Assembly (NCBI RefSeq): GCF_006345805.1
Contig: NC_043014.1
Coordinates: forward strand, 5,704,001-5,768,000
Length of the DNA: 64,000 nt
Reading direction: 5' to 3'
From: Octopus sinensis
Lineage: Eukaryota
Positions within the stretch are counted from its first letter, which is position 1. Each line of letters begins with the position of its first letter. The position numbers and the translations under genes were made by a program. Below are positions 14,314 to 27,300 of the stretch, one piece after another. The notes under the pieces are model-generated. The model made no database searches, was not told where the DNA came from, and saw only the letters and a program-made list of their open reading frames with translations.

Positions 14314-14409
14314 CAGATTATTTTGGGACAATTGTTTCGCTATTAATGAATTAAATGTAATTTTACTTACAAAAAAATCCACTTGTAGCTCGTCAGCCAA
14401 AACTATCTG
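14314..14409 (-). ncRNA. Canonical type I hammerhead ribozyme; predicted GUC cleavage between 14327 and 14326
   Basis: Minus strand: cagatag TTTTGG CTGACGA GCTA (43 nt) TAGC GAAA CAATTG TC CCAAAA taatctg. All core nucleotides are canonical, stem I is extended, and stem III is the palindrome ACAATTGT. Confidence 0.88.
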
Positions 14410-14612
14410 GATGAAATCCACTCAATCACACGCCAGATTTTATCATAACGATAAATACACGTGCGGTTCAATTGATTACATCCGACGTTATAATTCAAAT
14501 GCCCCAACTAACAGCGCACCAAACTTTCACGGAAAACAAATACTGCATTTAGAAATAAATGTAGCATAATTATAATTAATTAATAAGGGTGAGAGAATTA
14601 GATACTCTCTTA

Positions 14613-14688
<76 letters not shown>

Positions 14689-14888
14689 TTGAGATGATTA
14701 TAAGAAGATAATAAAGTAAGAGAACAAAGCGAACCATGGTTTCGTCAAAACTATTCATCGCTTTGAAAACACCGGCTAAAACATGGTGTCAGGTCTAATA
14801 GTTCCTGAGAAAAAAAGGTTATTTGTAAGGGAAACAAGTAGTTCTGGATTATTTGTAAGGGAGGTAAGTAGTTCTGGATTTAGAGATG

Positions 14889-15563
14889 TTAGTGGTGTTC
14901 TGTTTTTAGTTGTGTGTTCACGTTTAGTTGGGGGAGAAATTTATTGATGAAAAATGCCTCTTTATTCAACCTTTGTTGAGTTGTAGTGTTCTGTGAACAT
15001 TGATAAAAGGGAAAGATTTGGAAATTGGGATTAAGATTCCTGGCACACCTTTCTATGTGTTCACTCACCTTTAACTGTCTGTATTGTGGGTGACGGATTT
15101 GCTCTTTGTGAATGGTGACTCTTTGACGGAGCGAAATTCCTGTTTGTCCAATATAGAGTTTACCACATCCTATGCATGTCATGACATAGATTACATTTAC
15201 TGAGGCGCAGGTGACATTTGATTTGATCTTAAATATTTCTCCTTGTTTGAAGTGAAATTCTGAACCCTCCAGAAGGTGGGGGCATGTTCCACTGTTAGAA
15301 CGTCCACATTTTGCCACTTTTGACTCTGTTGTTAGTGGATACAGTCTAGCGCTGGTTAGTATTTTTTTCAGTGACTTCGGTTGATTTCTGCTTTTTATAA
15401 TTTTATATGAGCTTAAAATTTCGTTCATTGTTTTGTCTGCTGTGAGGACAGGAAGATTTTGGGTGATGATGTTGAAGGCTTCGTTGTTTCTAGGGTCATG
15501 TGTGGAAATATACGGGAGTATTTTTAAGTCATATTTAGTATTTCGGCTAGTTTTCCTTAACAT
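14889..15563 (-). pseudogene. PLE thumb/linker and GIY-YIG endonuclease fragment
   Basis: ORF track, 224 aa: LPYISTHDPRN, KCGRSNSGTC linker, VIYVMTC..CGKLYIGQTG, LNKEAFFINKFLPQLN. Confidence 0.88.
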
Positions 15564-15804
15564 CTGTATATCTATTTCCTCAGCTCTTTTGATGCCTTCA
15601 TTTACAAATGAGATTGGGTAATGTCTTTTAGTTAGTGTAGATCTAAGTTCAAGGGGTCTGTTCTCGAGTGTATGTATCGGAAACTATGGTGCAGATTCTT
15701 TTCGCTAGATTAAAGGGTGTGTTGATTTTTTATGTGTTTGGGGTGGCAGGAGTTAAATAATAGGTATTGTTTAGAATCTGTGGGTTTAGAAAAGATGTCT
15801 GCTT

Positions 15805-16377
15805 CTATGTGGTTGTTACTATTCTAATTAAGATGTCTAGAAAAGGGAGTTGCTTACTATTGTGTTCTATAGTGAATTGTATATTGCTGTGTATGTTGTT
15901 GAGCATTCTTTTGAAATCAAGGAGTTGATCCATGCTGTCTTTCCAAAGTATGATGCAATCATCCAAATATCTCTTCCAGTTCTCCTTTAAGTAGCAATTA
16001 AAAGAGGCGCCATATTTTTCTAGTGATGATTGGTATAACTTGAGTTCGAGGTAACCCATTACGAGGTTTGCAATCACTGGATCAGCTCTGGTTCCCATTG
16101 CAATTCCGCATTTTTGCCGATAGTAAGTAGTATCGAACAAGAAATGATAGTTCAGCAAGATGAATTTCAGTGCTTTAGTTATAAAATTGTGGTTAATTCG
16201 TCCTGGGATCTCTTGTGGGTATTTTTCTAGCCAAAATGTGATTGCTTCTATACCATAGTCGTGTGGAATATTGGTGTATAGATTCACCACATCAAAAGAT
16301 ACCAGCAGGGTTCCTTCCTTTACTGTCTTCGGGAGGTGGTTCAGCATGTCTAGGTCATCCCTGATAAAGCTTCTCAC
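15805..16377 (-). pseudogene. PLE reverse transcriptase fragment
   Basis: ORF track, 190 aa: SFIRDDLDML, SFDVVNLYTNIPH, GIAMGT, RYLDD, LPFLDILI. Confidence 0.92.
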
Positions 16378-17206
16378 ATATTTTAAAAGAGGTTTGAGTC
16401 GAGGAAGTTGCTCAAATGGTGGGTTTCACAAGAAGGGCCAGCTATGATGGGTCTCAGTTTGAGGTCAGTAGGGGGAGGGACATTAATGCATAGGCTTGTA
16501 GAGACTTTGCAAGCTTCACAAATGAGTGGATTTTTATGTATCTTGGGTAATCAGTAGAATAGACTAGGACTGTATTTAAAATTGGATAAATAGTCTATTT
16601 CATGTGTTGTAAGACCCTTTCCATGAATTTGGAGTAAGAAGGGCAAGTTTTTCAGTGTTTTCTGTGGGTTGTAATATGTAAATTTCTCATACTAAGTATT
16701 ATTTTCCAACATGGAAAGTATTAAATTTTTGTAGTACTCTGTATCCATTAATACTACCGCACTTCCTTTGTCGGCTTCTTTAATAGTGAGGTTTATGTCA
16801 TTTTTTTAGCTCGACAAGGTCTTTCCATTCATTTAAATTAAGGTTGGATTGAATATGTTGTTTTGGAATGGTATTGTAAGGAAAACAAGTTATGTGACCA
16901 CAGAAAACATCAAGTGCTTTATTTCTACTTTTTGTAGGATGGTACACACTTTTGTTTTTCACTATTGAATCATCTTCACTGGTGTAGATGTAAAGAGCTT
17001 CTGTGAGGCGTAATTTTCAGCAGAAGTCCAAAGTATTGTCCTTAATTTCATTTGGGTTCGATCTGCGGGGGGTAGGGGTAAATGTTAAACCTCTTGCTAG
17101 GATTTTGATTTGTATAGTCCTTCTAAATGTATATATTTGTCGTTACCAGTCATAAATAGCCTTTTTTATTTACAATGTGCATTTTCGTTGATTTTTCATA
17201 TTTTAC

Positions 17207-17730
<524 letters not shown>

Positions 17731-17781
17731 GGTAGTAGTTGCTTTATATATATATATATATTATATATATATATATATAAT

Positions 17782-17843
<62 letters not shown>

Positions 17844-18699
17844 ATATATTATATATATATATATATATATTTATATGTATATATGTATGTATGTATATGT
17901 ATATATGCACATATACATGTATTTTATTTACATTATTATATGATTGAACGCCACACATCCATTTACAAATAAGTTTATCTTTATAATTCTCTAATTCTTT
18001 TCTTCTCTTCTGCCACTTTCGTTTTTCTCTCTCATCCTTTCTCTAATTCTTTTTTCTCCCCTTCATTGTTTTCTATCTGTCAGTCTCTCTCTCCCTCATC
18101 CTCCATTACTCTCTCTCTCCCTCTCTTTCTCTCTCTGCCGTTGCTCACACGAGACCATCGTCCATCTTTCTTTTCCTTACGTTATAATCTTTCTTTTCCT
18201 TCAGTCTATCACGAAAACCAGGCGCATTTTTATCCCTCTCCTCTCCTATCCTGTCCCTTGTCAAACACAATATTCCTCTACGTTCGCTAACTTACCACGT
18301 CTGGCCTAACGGCCCTCACTGTTTATTTTCGTTTCATTTGGTTTGCTGTACTGTCTCCACTGTCCTGTTTTTGTTACCAACTATGACCCTCCGCAAAACC
18401 CCAAATTTTATCATGGTTCGCGGAAGCAACTGTTCTACGAAGCCTTATATTGCCATGGATTGCCCGAAATATTGGGCAGATGAACAGCCGACAACTGATG
18501 AAGGGTCGTTCTTTATGTTACTTGTCTTACTTTCCATTTGTTTCTCTCGTTGTTCGCCCCGAAAATGACCCGCTGTGGATGGTATAAGTCACTGTTCAAT
18601 TCATGAAAATATCTCTTTTGAATGTTTTGTTTATAAAATTTGCGTAGGTGTTATTCTAAACAGCAATACTGGTAAAGTTAGGAAGGAGAAGGTGGGAGA

Positions 18700-19005
18700 C
18701 AAAGAAGAAGAAGAAGAAGAAGAAGGGAGAATAATAATAATAATAAGAAGAAGAAGGAGAAGAAGGTGGAGGAGAAGAAGAAGGATGAGGAGAAGAAGAA
18801 GAAGAAGGAGGAGGAGAAGGAGAAAAAGAAGAAGAAGAAGAAGAAGAAGGAGGAGGAGGAGGAGGAGAAGAAGAAGGATTAGGAGAAAAAGAAGAAGAAA
18901 AAAGAAGAAGAAGTAGAAGAAGAAGAAGAAGTAGAAGAAGAAGAAGAAGAAGAAGAAGAAGAAGAAGAAGAAGAAGAAGAAGAAGAAGAAGAGAAGAAGA
19001 AGAGA
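18700..19005. repeat. (GAA)n/(GGA)n purine triplet tract
   Basis: Seen directly in the sequence. Confidence 0.95.
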
Positions 19006-19009
19006 GTCT

Positions 19010-22000
19010 CTTTACAAATTCGTTGGCTCCAGGTTGTATCGTCTCTGAATTGGTACAGAGGAAAAATTCTGAAGCTTGGATTTTTGTTATTGGTGCAAAT
19101 GTCTATTGGCTGAATGCTATTTTTCTGTTTAGTGGAATTTTGATCTGGGATCTGTGCAGAGCCATTCTTTTACGTAGACTGTTTTTTTTTTTTTTGGCCT
19201 ATGTATTGCTGTTGACACCCAGAGCAGGTTAGTGCGTATATCAGGTTCTCCGAAGCACATGTCAAGTTGCTTTTCACTGTGAAACGTTGTCCCTGTTTGA
19301 AGGAGAACTCTGATTCCTCAATTAAATAGTCGCATATCCCACAGTTGTGTCTTCCGCATTTTTTTACTGATGGCATCTGTGTTGTTGAGCGTATTCGGGC
19401 TTGTGTTAGGAGACTTTTCATAGATTTGGGATGTCTCTTGCTTTTTATGATAGTGTGTGTTTGGAGAATTAAGTTCATTCTGCAGTCCTTTTTTAGCAGG
19501 GGTATGTTTTGGAGGATGGTGTCAAAGGCTTCATTGTTGAGAGGGTTGGGTGTGGAGATGTATGGTAGAGCTTTTGGTTGTAAATCTTTCTTTAATTTGG
19601 GATGTCTGAGTTCCTGAATGTTGAGTTGTAGGGCACGTTGAAAGCATATGTCAATTAGTGAAGGTGGGTAGTTCCTGGTGATGAGGGTATCTTTTAGTTC
19701 ATGTAGTCGTGTGTCTCTGGTGTTTGCATTAGAAACCATAGTACATATCCTTTTTGCTAGGTTGAAGGGGATATTCATTCTGGTCGCATGAGTTGAACGG
19801 TAGATATTGCTTGGAATCCGTAGGCTTATAGTATATATCTGTTTCTATTACGTTGTTAGATTTCTTAATGAGGATGTCGAGGAAGGGAAATTGTTGCTGA
19901 CTATATTTCATCGTGAATTGAATGTTTACGTCAAGTCCATTTAAAAGTGTTTGGAATTCTCTAAGTTTCTCTATATTTTCATACCAAAGAATGAAACAGT
20001 CATCCAGGTATCTCTGTTTTCTGTGTAGAGGGAGAAAGGGCTGTCGTATCTTTCTAGAACCTTACGATAAAGACTAGTTTCTATATATCCCAAGACTAGG
20101 TTAGCAAAGGATGGGGCCATTCGCGTACCCATCGCAGTTCCCGATTTTTGTCGGTAGAAATTGTCTTTGAAGGCGAAGTAGTTATTTTCTAGGATGAATT
20201 TTAGCCCATCACGAATTCTTTTTTGATGCGATGTGGGAGTTCTTTGGCGTAATTCTCTAGCCAGAATTGAATTGCCTCTATTCCTAGGTTGTGGAGGATA
20301 TTGGAATAGAGGTTGACTACATTGAGGGATACTAGTAAGGTGTTTTTGTTTATTATTTTAGGAAGGTGATTGAGCATATCAAGGTCGTCCCTTATATAAC
20401 TTTTGACATGCTTGAGGAATGGTTTTAAGAAGGTATCTAAAAAGTTAAGGAGGCGTTGGGTTTCGTATGCGAGATCTGCTATTATAGGTCTCAATTTGAA
20501 GTCATTAGGAGTAGGGACTTTAATTATTATGTCTGTGGCTACCTTGCATGCGTTACTTATTTTCTCACTTTTGTGTTTCTTGGGAATACCGTAGAATTGG
20601 CTGGTTTTACTTTTGAAATTGGTCATATAGTCCTATTCTTTGTCAGTGAGCCCTTCTGTGTATAGGTTTAAAATCTCATTATTTTCTGCTGACTGTAGTG
20701 TTGGGCCTTTTCATAATATGTTGTGTCTTCCAATATAGATAGTACAAAGTTATATAAAATACCGTGTCCATTAAGATAACTGCACTCTCTTTATCGGCCT
20801 CTTTGATTGTTATTATTTGTCATTTTTTAATTTGTTCAGCTCAGCCCATTCTTTTTTGCTGAAGTTTGGTTTGTGTTTTTGTTTGTGCATATGTTGATAT
20901 GGGTAATTCGAGATGTGTTCACAGAAATGATCAAGTGTTTTGTTCTTACCTTTTGAGGGGGTGTATTTACTCCTATTTCGGACCAACGATTCGTCCACGT
21001 TGTATTTGTCGTATAGCTCATCAGTAAGTCTTAATTTTCTACAGAATTCGGCGATGTCTTCTTTCATTTCATTGTAGTTGGGGTGTTGTGGGGTGGATGT
21101 AAACTTGAGTCCTTTGGAGAGTGTATTGATTTGGTTTGCTGTTAGTTCATTGTGAGTTAGATTGATAATTTTATCATTTTTGGTTCATCCTGCCTGTTTG
21201 GTGCTATCTTGTGTCTCTGTGTTTGCATATTGGGTCTAAAAAATGATTGCGGTGGTTGGGACAGTAGCTATTAAGTAGTTGTTCCTTGTTGTTGCGGGGT
21301 TCCCTGTTGTGATTTATGGTGTGGGTTCTTGGAGCGGTATTGAAAAGTGTGCCTCCATATCCCATAATTCGGATGTGGTGTTTTAGGGGGCCGTCGTTGG
21401 TAATTATTGCGTGTGGTGCGGGTTTGTTGTGCATGGTTGTTTAGTAGGTTGTTGGAACGAAAATTTCGTTGGTAACTCCTTATGGGGGGAGGAGGTTGCA
21501 GCATCTATCCTGTGAGCAGTGATTTATCCTTTCTCTGTTTAAAGTTAGGGTACTCCCGATATTGTATCACTGGTGGCTTACAAAGTTAGGGTTAGGTCCT
21601 GTATTCTTTTTTTGGTAGGGGTGATGGTTCCGATTTTTAGACAGGTGTGAATCAGTGTTTGAGTGCTGTTTTGATTTTCTTATTTTCAGGAAAGGGTTGT
21701 TGGAAGTGTGCTCTGTTTGAAAGATGGTTTCATAGTTTGAGAACCAAGTGGCGCTTTTCTCCCAGCGTTGGAGAGATTTCAGTTCTTCTTTTTCACAGTC
21801 CTCTTTCCATATTTTGGAGATCTTTTGGGTCATTTTGCAAATTTCTTGGTTGATCTCTTCATCGGTGGATTTTGCTTTTTATTCATTCGCTTGAGCCCTC
21901 AATTTTAGAAGTTCTATTTCCATTTTCATTCTTTCCAGTGCCATTCTTTCCCTGAGGTGTCTTTGTGTTTCAGGTTCATCTGTAATAGCTTTGATCTGGA

Positions 22001-22595
22001 ATTTACGTGGGAGAATTAACGGTTTCCAATTGAGCCGTTTTTCGTACATATCCGTTTTGTTGTTGTTTTGGATCATCTTCCAAAACTTTCTATCTCTGAG
22101 TGATTTGTTCCATTGTGGTATTATGTGGTGTTTCATTTGGTATGTTGTGAGAGTATTGATTCCATATGCTGTTTCGTTTGGAGGTCTTTGATTCGCGTTG
22201 TTAGAGAAAGATGTTCTAATTGTTTCGCATAAGTTTCCAAGGTTTTCGACGATTTCGGAGGTTGTATTTTTCGTATCGGTTCCCTTATTGTTCTCTCGAT
22301 TGGGTTGGTGTGTCCAGTCGAATTTGTTAAAAAATGTTGACAGATTTGTGTTGATTTTCTTGAGTTCTTTCAGTATATATATATATAGTTAATCCAAACA
22401 AGAAAACACAAAAAAACACAACAACGCGAGGACGTGGAACAAATATAGTATTATTGGACGCTCAGGAAAGAAGAAAAGAAGGAGGGTTTAACGTTTCGGG
22501 TGGAGCTCTTCGTCGGAAACATAGGAGAAGGAAAGATCCAGAGAAGGGAAGACAGAGGAAAAAAATCGCCAGCGGTACACACGAGGTCACATTTT
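19010..22595 (-). mobile_element. Penelope-like retroelement 2, near full length with several frameshifts, 5' pLTR at 22390-22595
   Basis: Collinear fragments: N-terminal ORFs (21567-22136), KEDIAEFCRKLRL (20813-21067), FYGIPKKHK..LRPII..SYIRDDLDML (20201-20626), FPFLDILI..DIYYKPTDSKQYL (19729-19911), IPFNLAKRIC..KKCGRHNCGIC..CASENLIYALTCSGCQQQYIGQ (19170-19778). Confidence 0.92.
22486..22520 (-). ncRNA. Minimal hammerhead motif (family A) upstream of the PLE2 ORF; stem II partly broken
   Basis: Minus strand: gttt CCGACGA a gagc tcc accc GAAAC GT T aaac. Confidence 0.6.
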
Positions 22596-22840
22596 AGATT
22601 CAGTTGAATTAAATATTTAAATTGAGGTACCTTGCCAGGACAAAACAATTTGCACACTCAGGCAATATTAGATGAGTAACAGACTCTACATAGAATTATT
22701 TTCCACCCGATATTCTTGCAGTGGATGCTGATAATACGATCCAATTAAGTGAATAAATCCGCTCTTGTTTGTTCAGAAATATACTTCATATAAATCATTC
22801 CGAAGTGTAAAATATAAATAAGTAAAATATAAATGAGTTA

Positions 22841-23240
22841 CAGGAGTGGCTGTGTGGTAAGTAGCTTGCTAACCAACCACATGGTTCCGGGTTCAGTCCC
22901 ACTGCGTGGCATCTTGGGCAAGTGTCTTCTGCTATAGCCCCGGGCCGACCAATGCCTTGTGAGTGAATTTGGTAGACGGAAACTGAAAGAAGCTTGTCGT
23001 ATATATGTATATATGTATGTATGTATGTGTGTGTGTGTTTGTCCCACTAGCATTGCTTGACAACCGATGCTGGTGTGTTTACGTCCCCGTCACTTAGCGG
23101 TTCGGCAAAAGAGACCGATAGAATAAGTACTGGGCTTATAAAGAATAAGTCCTGGGGTCGATTTGCTCGACTAAAGGCGGTGCTCCAGCATGGCCGCAGT
23201 CAAATGACTGAAACAAGTAAAAGAGTAAAGAGTAAAAAGA
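22841..23240 (+). mobile_element. tRNA-derived SINE; second copy at 37131-37520
   Basis: ggagtggctgtgtggtaag...gggttcagtcccactgcg head, internal microsatellite and aagagt tail. The two copies are highly similar. Confidence 0.85.
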
Positions 23241-23257
23241 GTATGTATAAGTATCAA

Positions 23258-23343
23258 TTCCTTACGGCCGTTTCGAGCGGCTCCTTTAGTTGATCAACGA
23301 AAGCATTACATCATTACAAGGAAACTGTTCTCATCAGATGACC
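23258..23343 (-). ncRNA. Type I hammerhead motif with canonical core and decayed stems I and II
   Basis: Minus strand: gtcat CTGATGA gaac..(~50 nt)..gctc GAAAC GGCC GT A aggaa. Stem III is the palindrome ACGGCCGT. Confidence 0.6.
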
Positions 23344-23826
23344 ACATAGACTTCCAACATAAAGAAGAAGTTAGATATATAAACATATTTGCATCATCTA
23401 TAGAGAGCAAATATTTACAATGATTCCGCAGTTAATTTTTTTGGCAGAATGAAAAAGAAAAGGACATTATAGCGACAGACAAACTAGAAATTAGCATAGG
23501 CTAGAGTGGGTGGGGGGGATAAATAAGAATTGTTACTCCGTTATCTACACGTCGAAGACAATAGGGAGAATATAGTGTTCAAAACATCTAAGATTAGATC
23601 CTTAGAGAGTTATGCATTAATTAGCATCATGACAGACCGTTCTACTATCTAAGAAAATGAAACTTTACATCCTTTAGATGCAGTCCATGATAGTAGCGTT
23701 AGTATATATTTATGTACTAATACAAATGATAATAATAATGAGAAATAGTATCATAACCCTTAATAATACTTCTAGGAATTTAAACAGTACTCTGTATGAT
23801 GACACTATGAATACGAGGAATAGGAT

Positions 23827-23859
<33 letters not shown>

Positions 23860-23954
23860 ACTACTACTACTACTACTACTACAAATAATTTTTTTTTCGT
23901 TTCAGCTCAGAGCTGTGGCCATGCTGATGCACCGCCGTTTAGTGCTAAACTGTT

Positions 23955-24190
23955 ATTACTAAAAGCCTCCTCTAATATGTGGCACTTGGTGAAGAATGGA
24001 GTTTGATATAGCTACCCTCATTTGCACCTCTTGCCGTGGGGTAGGTTCATCTGGGACTCTCGACAGGAAGTGGTCCTACTTTGATTTAAAAACCGCTACA
24101 TCTACTTTGTGCAAGTTCCTCGGACTCTTTGGGAGAATATTAAAAAGCTGTGGGCCCTTGAAACCCAGGCTGTTGCAGCAGCTGGTCCTG
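23955..24190 (-). mobile_element. 3' fragment of a CR1/L2-like LINE
   Basis: Minus strand translates NSLGFKGPQLFNILPKSPRNLHKVDVAVFKSK.DHFLSRVPDEP, a typical post-RT C-terminus. Confidence 0.6.
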
Positions 24191-24209
24191 AATAATAATA
24201 ATAATAATA

Positions 24210-24259
<50 letters not shown>

Positions 24260-24393
24260 GGGACGTTTAAGAGGTGAACACCGGGGATGTTTAAGAGGTG
24301 AACACCGGGGACGTTTAAGAGGTGAACACCGGGGACGTTTAAGAGGGTGAACACCGGGGACGTTTAAGAGGTGAACACCGGGGACGTTTAAGA
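24260..24393 (+). repeat. Tandem 24-bp repeat gggacgtttaagaggtgaacaccg, 5 full units and 1 partial
   Basis: Seen directly. Lies between the (AAT)n tract and the LINE 5' region. Confidence 0.95.
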
Positions 24394-27300
24394 TGTAAGA
24401 AGGAAAATACAGAGCTCCGAAATCTATCCACAAACATCGAAAACAAGGACATCCTATGGAGCCAAAGATTTACTAACAAAGAATTGGACTGTATCCGAGT
24501 AAGTAATACTAATTGAAATTTATTACTATTTTCGAAACGAAATGATGTATTTTGACTCGATATTATCTCCACCTCTAACAAACACATGTAAACATGCGTG
24601 GAACATCACGATCATCCCGACCTCAAACACCATGTACAAAGGAACTACGAAGAAATTAAATGCCACCGATAATTCAACCCAAGAATAACAATCGAGCGGT
24701 ACGTACATTAAACTTACAACAAAAAATGTACGAAAACTACACGTGCGAAATAATGTGACAACAGAAATAAACGGACCGGTACCCTACGAAAATGACGACC
24801 GTCAAAATAATGGGCCGGACGTTGTACCTCATGTCCCGCAAATAAAACCCAAAAGACGTAAATGGACACGTGAGGAATACATTTCTATCTTACACGCATA
24901 CTTCACAGCAATGCTCTACCCAAAAAATGAAAATACAACAACACATACATATAAATATGGAAGGAAAATAATAGAGATATAGACTTGGATACAGCAATGA
25001 ACCCTAACAAATTAGCTAACGTACGAAGATACATTCTCAAAGCCAAAACAATATCAGAAATAGAAATAGAACATTTAAAAGAAAAAATACACCAGGAAAA
25101 TGTAGATAGAAGCCACACAACAATGCCCAATAATATAAACACTGAAACTGTAAAACACGAAGACAAACGCAACATTCCCAACAAACACGATGTAAACAAC
25201 GAAGGGGAGCCTAATGATTATGATAATATAAAAAATAAAATAATCAAAGAACTGAAAACCACAGAGCCCAAAATGGACCACCGACCATACCTCCCAAGAA
25301 TAAAAATAAACGAAATAACAACACCAATTATAAACAGCATAAACCTAGCCGTCACTGAACTAGCCACTGAAACAAAAAAAAAAATGATATCACTGAACTA
25401 AATGACTTGATATACGCAGCAGCCACTGCAGCCACAAAAGAAGCTGGATACTCACCCAAACCCGCCCAAACAGGAGTACCACCACCCAAACAAACCCTGT
25501 GGATAAATAACATCCAAAACAAAATAAAAAAATTAGAAAAGACCTGTCGATTCTTAATGAAATCAGCAAACAATCATCGCTACTGAGCAACAAAAAGAGA
25601 ACAAAAATGCTCCGCAAATATAACATCACAGAAAAAGAATTGCCGGAGATAAAAGAAAAGCTGAAGCAAGATATCCTTGCCAAAGCTCAAAGGATCCGCC
25701 GGTACGAGAAACGCCAACGCTTCTTTGAACAGAACAAAAAGTTCAACACCAACCCCAAAAAGTTCTACCAAGAACTGGGAAAAAATAAAATAGAAGTCAC
25801 TGCAGCACCAACGGCAGAAGAATTGGAAGAATTCTGGAGAGAAATATGGTCGGCGAACGAACAGCCAAAAAAAAGGAGTATCAAAATAACAAACTTGGCA
25901 TCTGAACAACTTTGGACCCCCCATAACAACCGAAGAGGTCACCCAGGCACTGCAAAAACTAAGCAACTGGAAGGCACCTGGGCATGACAAGATCCCCAAC
26001 TTCTGGTTGAAATATCTAACAGGAATGCACAAAAAGCTGGCTGAAAACTTTAACAGCATACTAGCAGAGCCAGAGACAATGCCTGAATGGCTCACGAAGG
26101 GGAAAACCATCTTAATTCCCAAATCAAATGAAACAGCAAAACCAGAAAACTACAGACCAATAACCTGCCTCCCTACTATGTTCAAGGCATTTACTACAGT
26201 GATATCGCAAAGGCTGAACAAGCACCTGGACGAAAACAAACTGTTCCCAGAAGAGCAGAAAGGATGCCGCAAAGGCTCATATGGCTGTAAAGATCAACTA
26301 ATGATTAATAAAGCCGTAACTGAAGACAGCCACAGAAAGAAGAAAGGCCTCAGTATGGCCTGGATTAACTACAAAAAGGCGTTTGATAGCATCCCCCACA
26401 CATGGATCCTCGAAACACTAGCCATTAACAAAGTAGCACCAACAATCATAAAATTCATAGAGCACTCTATGAATAAATGGCAAACAGTCCTACACCTCCA
26501 AACAAAAGAGGGACCATGAAACCAAAGACATCCCCATTAGAAGAGGAATATTCCAGGGAGACACGCTCTCTCCACTCCTTTTCTGCTTGGCACTGTCACC
26601 TCTATCTGATATGCTAAATAGAACTGGATGCGGATATAAATGTTACGGCAAAACGATCAGCCACCTTTTTATATGGATGACCTAAAACTATACGCTGCAA
26701 ATGACAAACAGCTGGAAACACTATTAAAGACAGTTCATGGATTTACCAAAGAAATATATATGAAATTTGGATTAGAAAAATGCGCCAAAGTAACCATGAA
26801 AAGAGGAAAACTAGTTAAGAGTAACAACATCACACTAGATAAAACCAATGAAATAAAAGAATTAGACCAAAGCCAAACTTACAAATACTTAGGAATCCAT
26901 GAACTAGATAAGACACAACACACACAAATGAAAGAGAAAATAAAAAAAGAATATTATAGACGAGTTAGATCAATACTAAAAACAGAGCTCAATGCTAAAA
27001 ACAAGATAATAGGTATCAACACTTTAGCTGTCCCAGTTATAAGTTACAGCTACAATATCCTTAACTGGACACGAAATGAACTGTCCAAAATAGATAGGAA
27101 AACAAGAAAAATACTGACAGGATCTAGAATGCATCACCCAAAATCTGACATAGAAAGACTATATATACAACGTATAGAAGGTGGTAGAGGCCTTATACAG
27201 CTGGAAAACTACTATAAAATAACCACCATAGGACTGCAAAAATACCTACTTCAGAAGGAAGGAAAACTGATCCAGATAGCAGCAAAACACGAGCAAAACA

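Larger units (their letters stand above)
14036..17205 (-). mobile_element. Penelope-like retroelement 1 (RT + GIY-YIG; frameshifted) with 3' pLTR region
   Basis: RT: SFDVVNLYTNIPH, QKCGIAMGTR, WKRYLDDC. GIY-YIG: NVIYVMTCIGCGKLYIGQT..LRQRVTIH. A 36-bp direct repeat at ~14036 and ~14571 brackets the hammerhead-bearing module. Confidence 0.92.

Noticed and set aside
18490-18570. CTGATGA..cccc GAAAATGAC hammerhead-like motif; similar partial motifs at ~46688 and ~47552
   Set aside because: No GAAAC..UH closure or stem I pairing. Too degenerate to call.
24260-24393. CRISPR-like array of 24-bp repeats
   Set aside because: The units are contiguous with no unique spacers, there are no cas genes, and the context is eukaryotic.
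24260-24730. HDV-like ribozyme in the 5' UTR of the R4/Dong-like LINE
   Set aside because: I could not build the nested double-pseudoknot pairing by eye. A descriptor search would be needed to exclude it.
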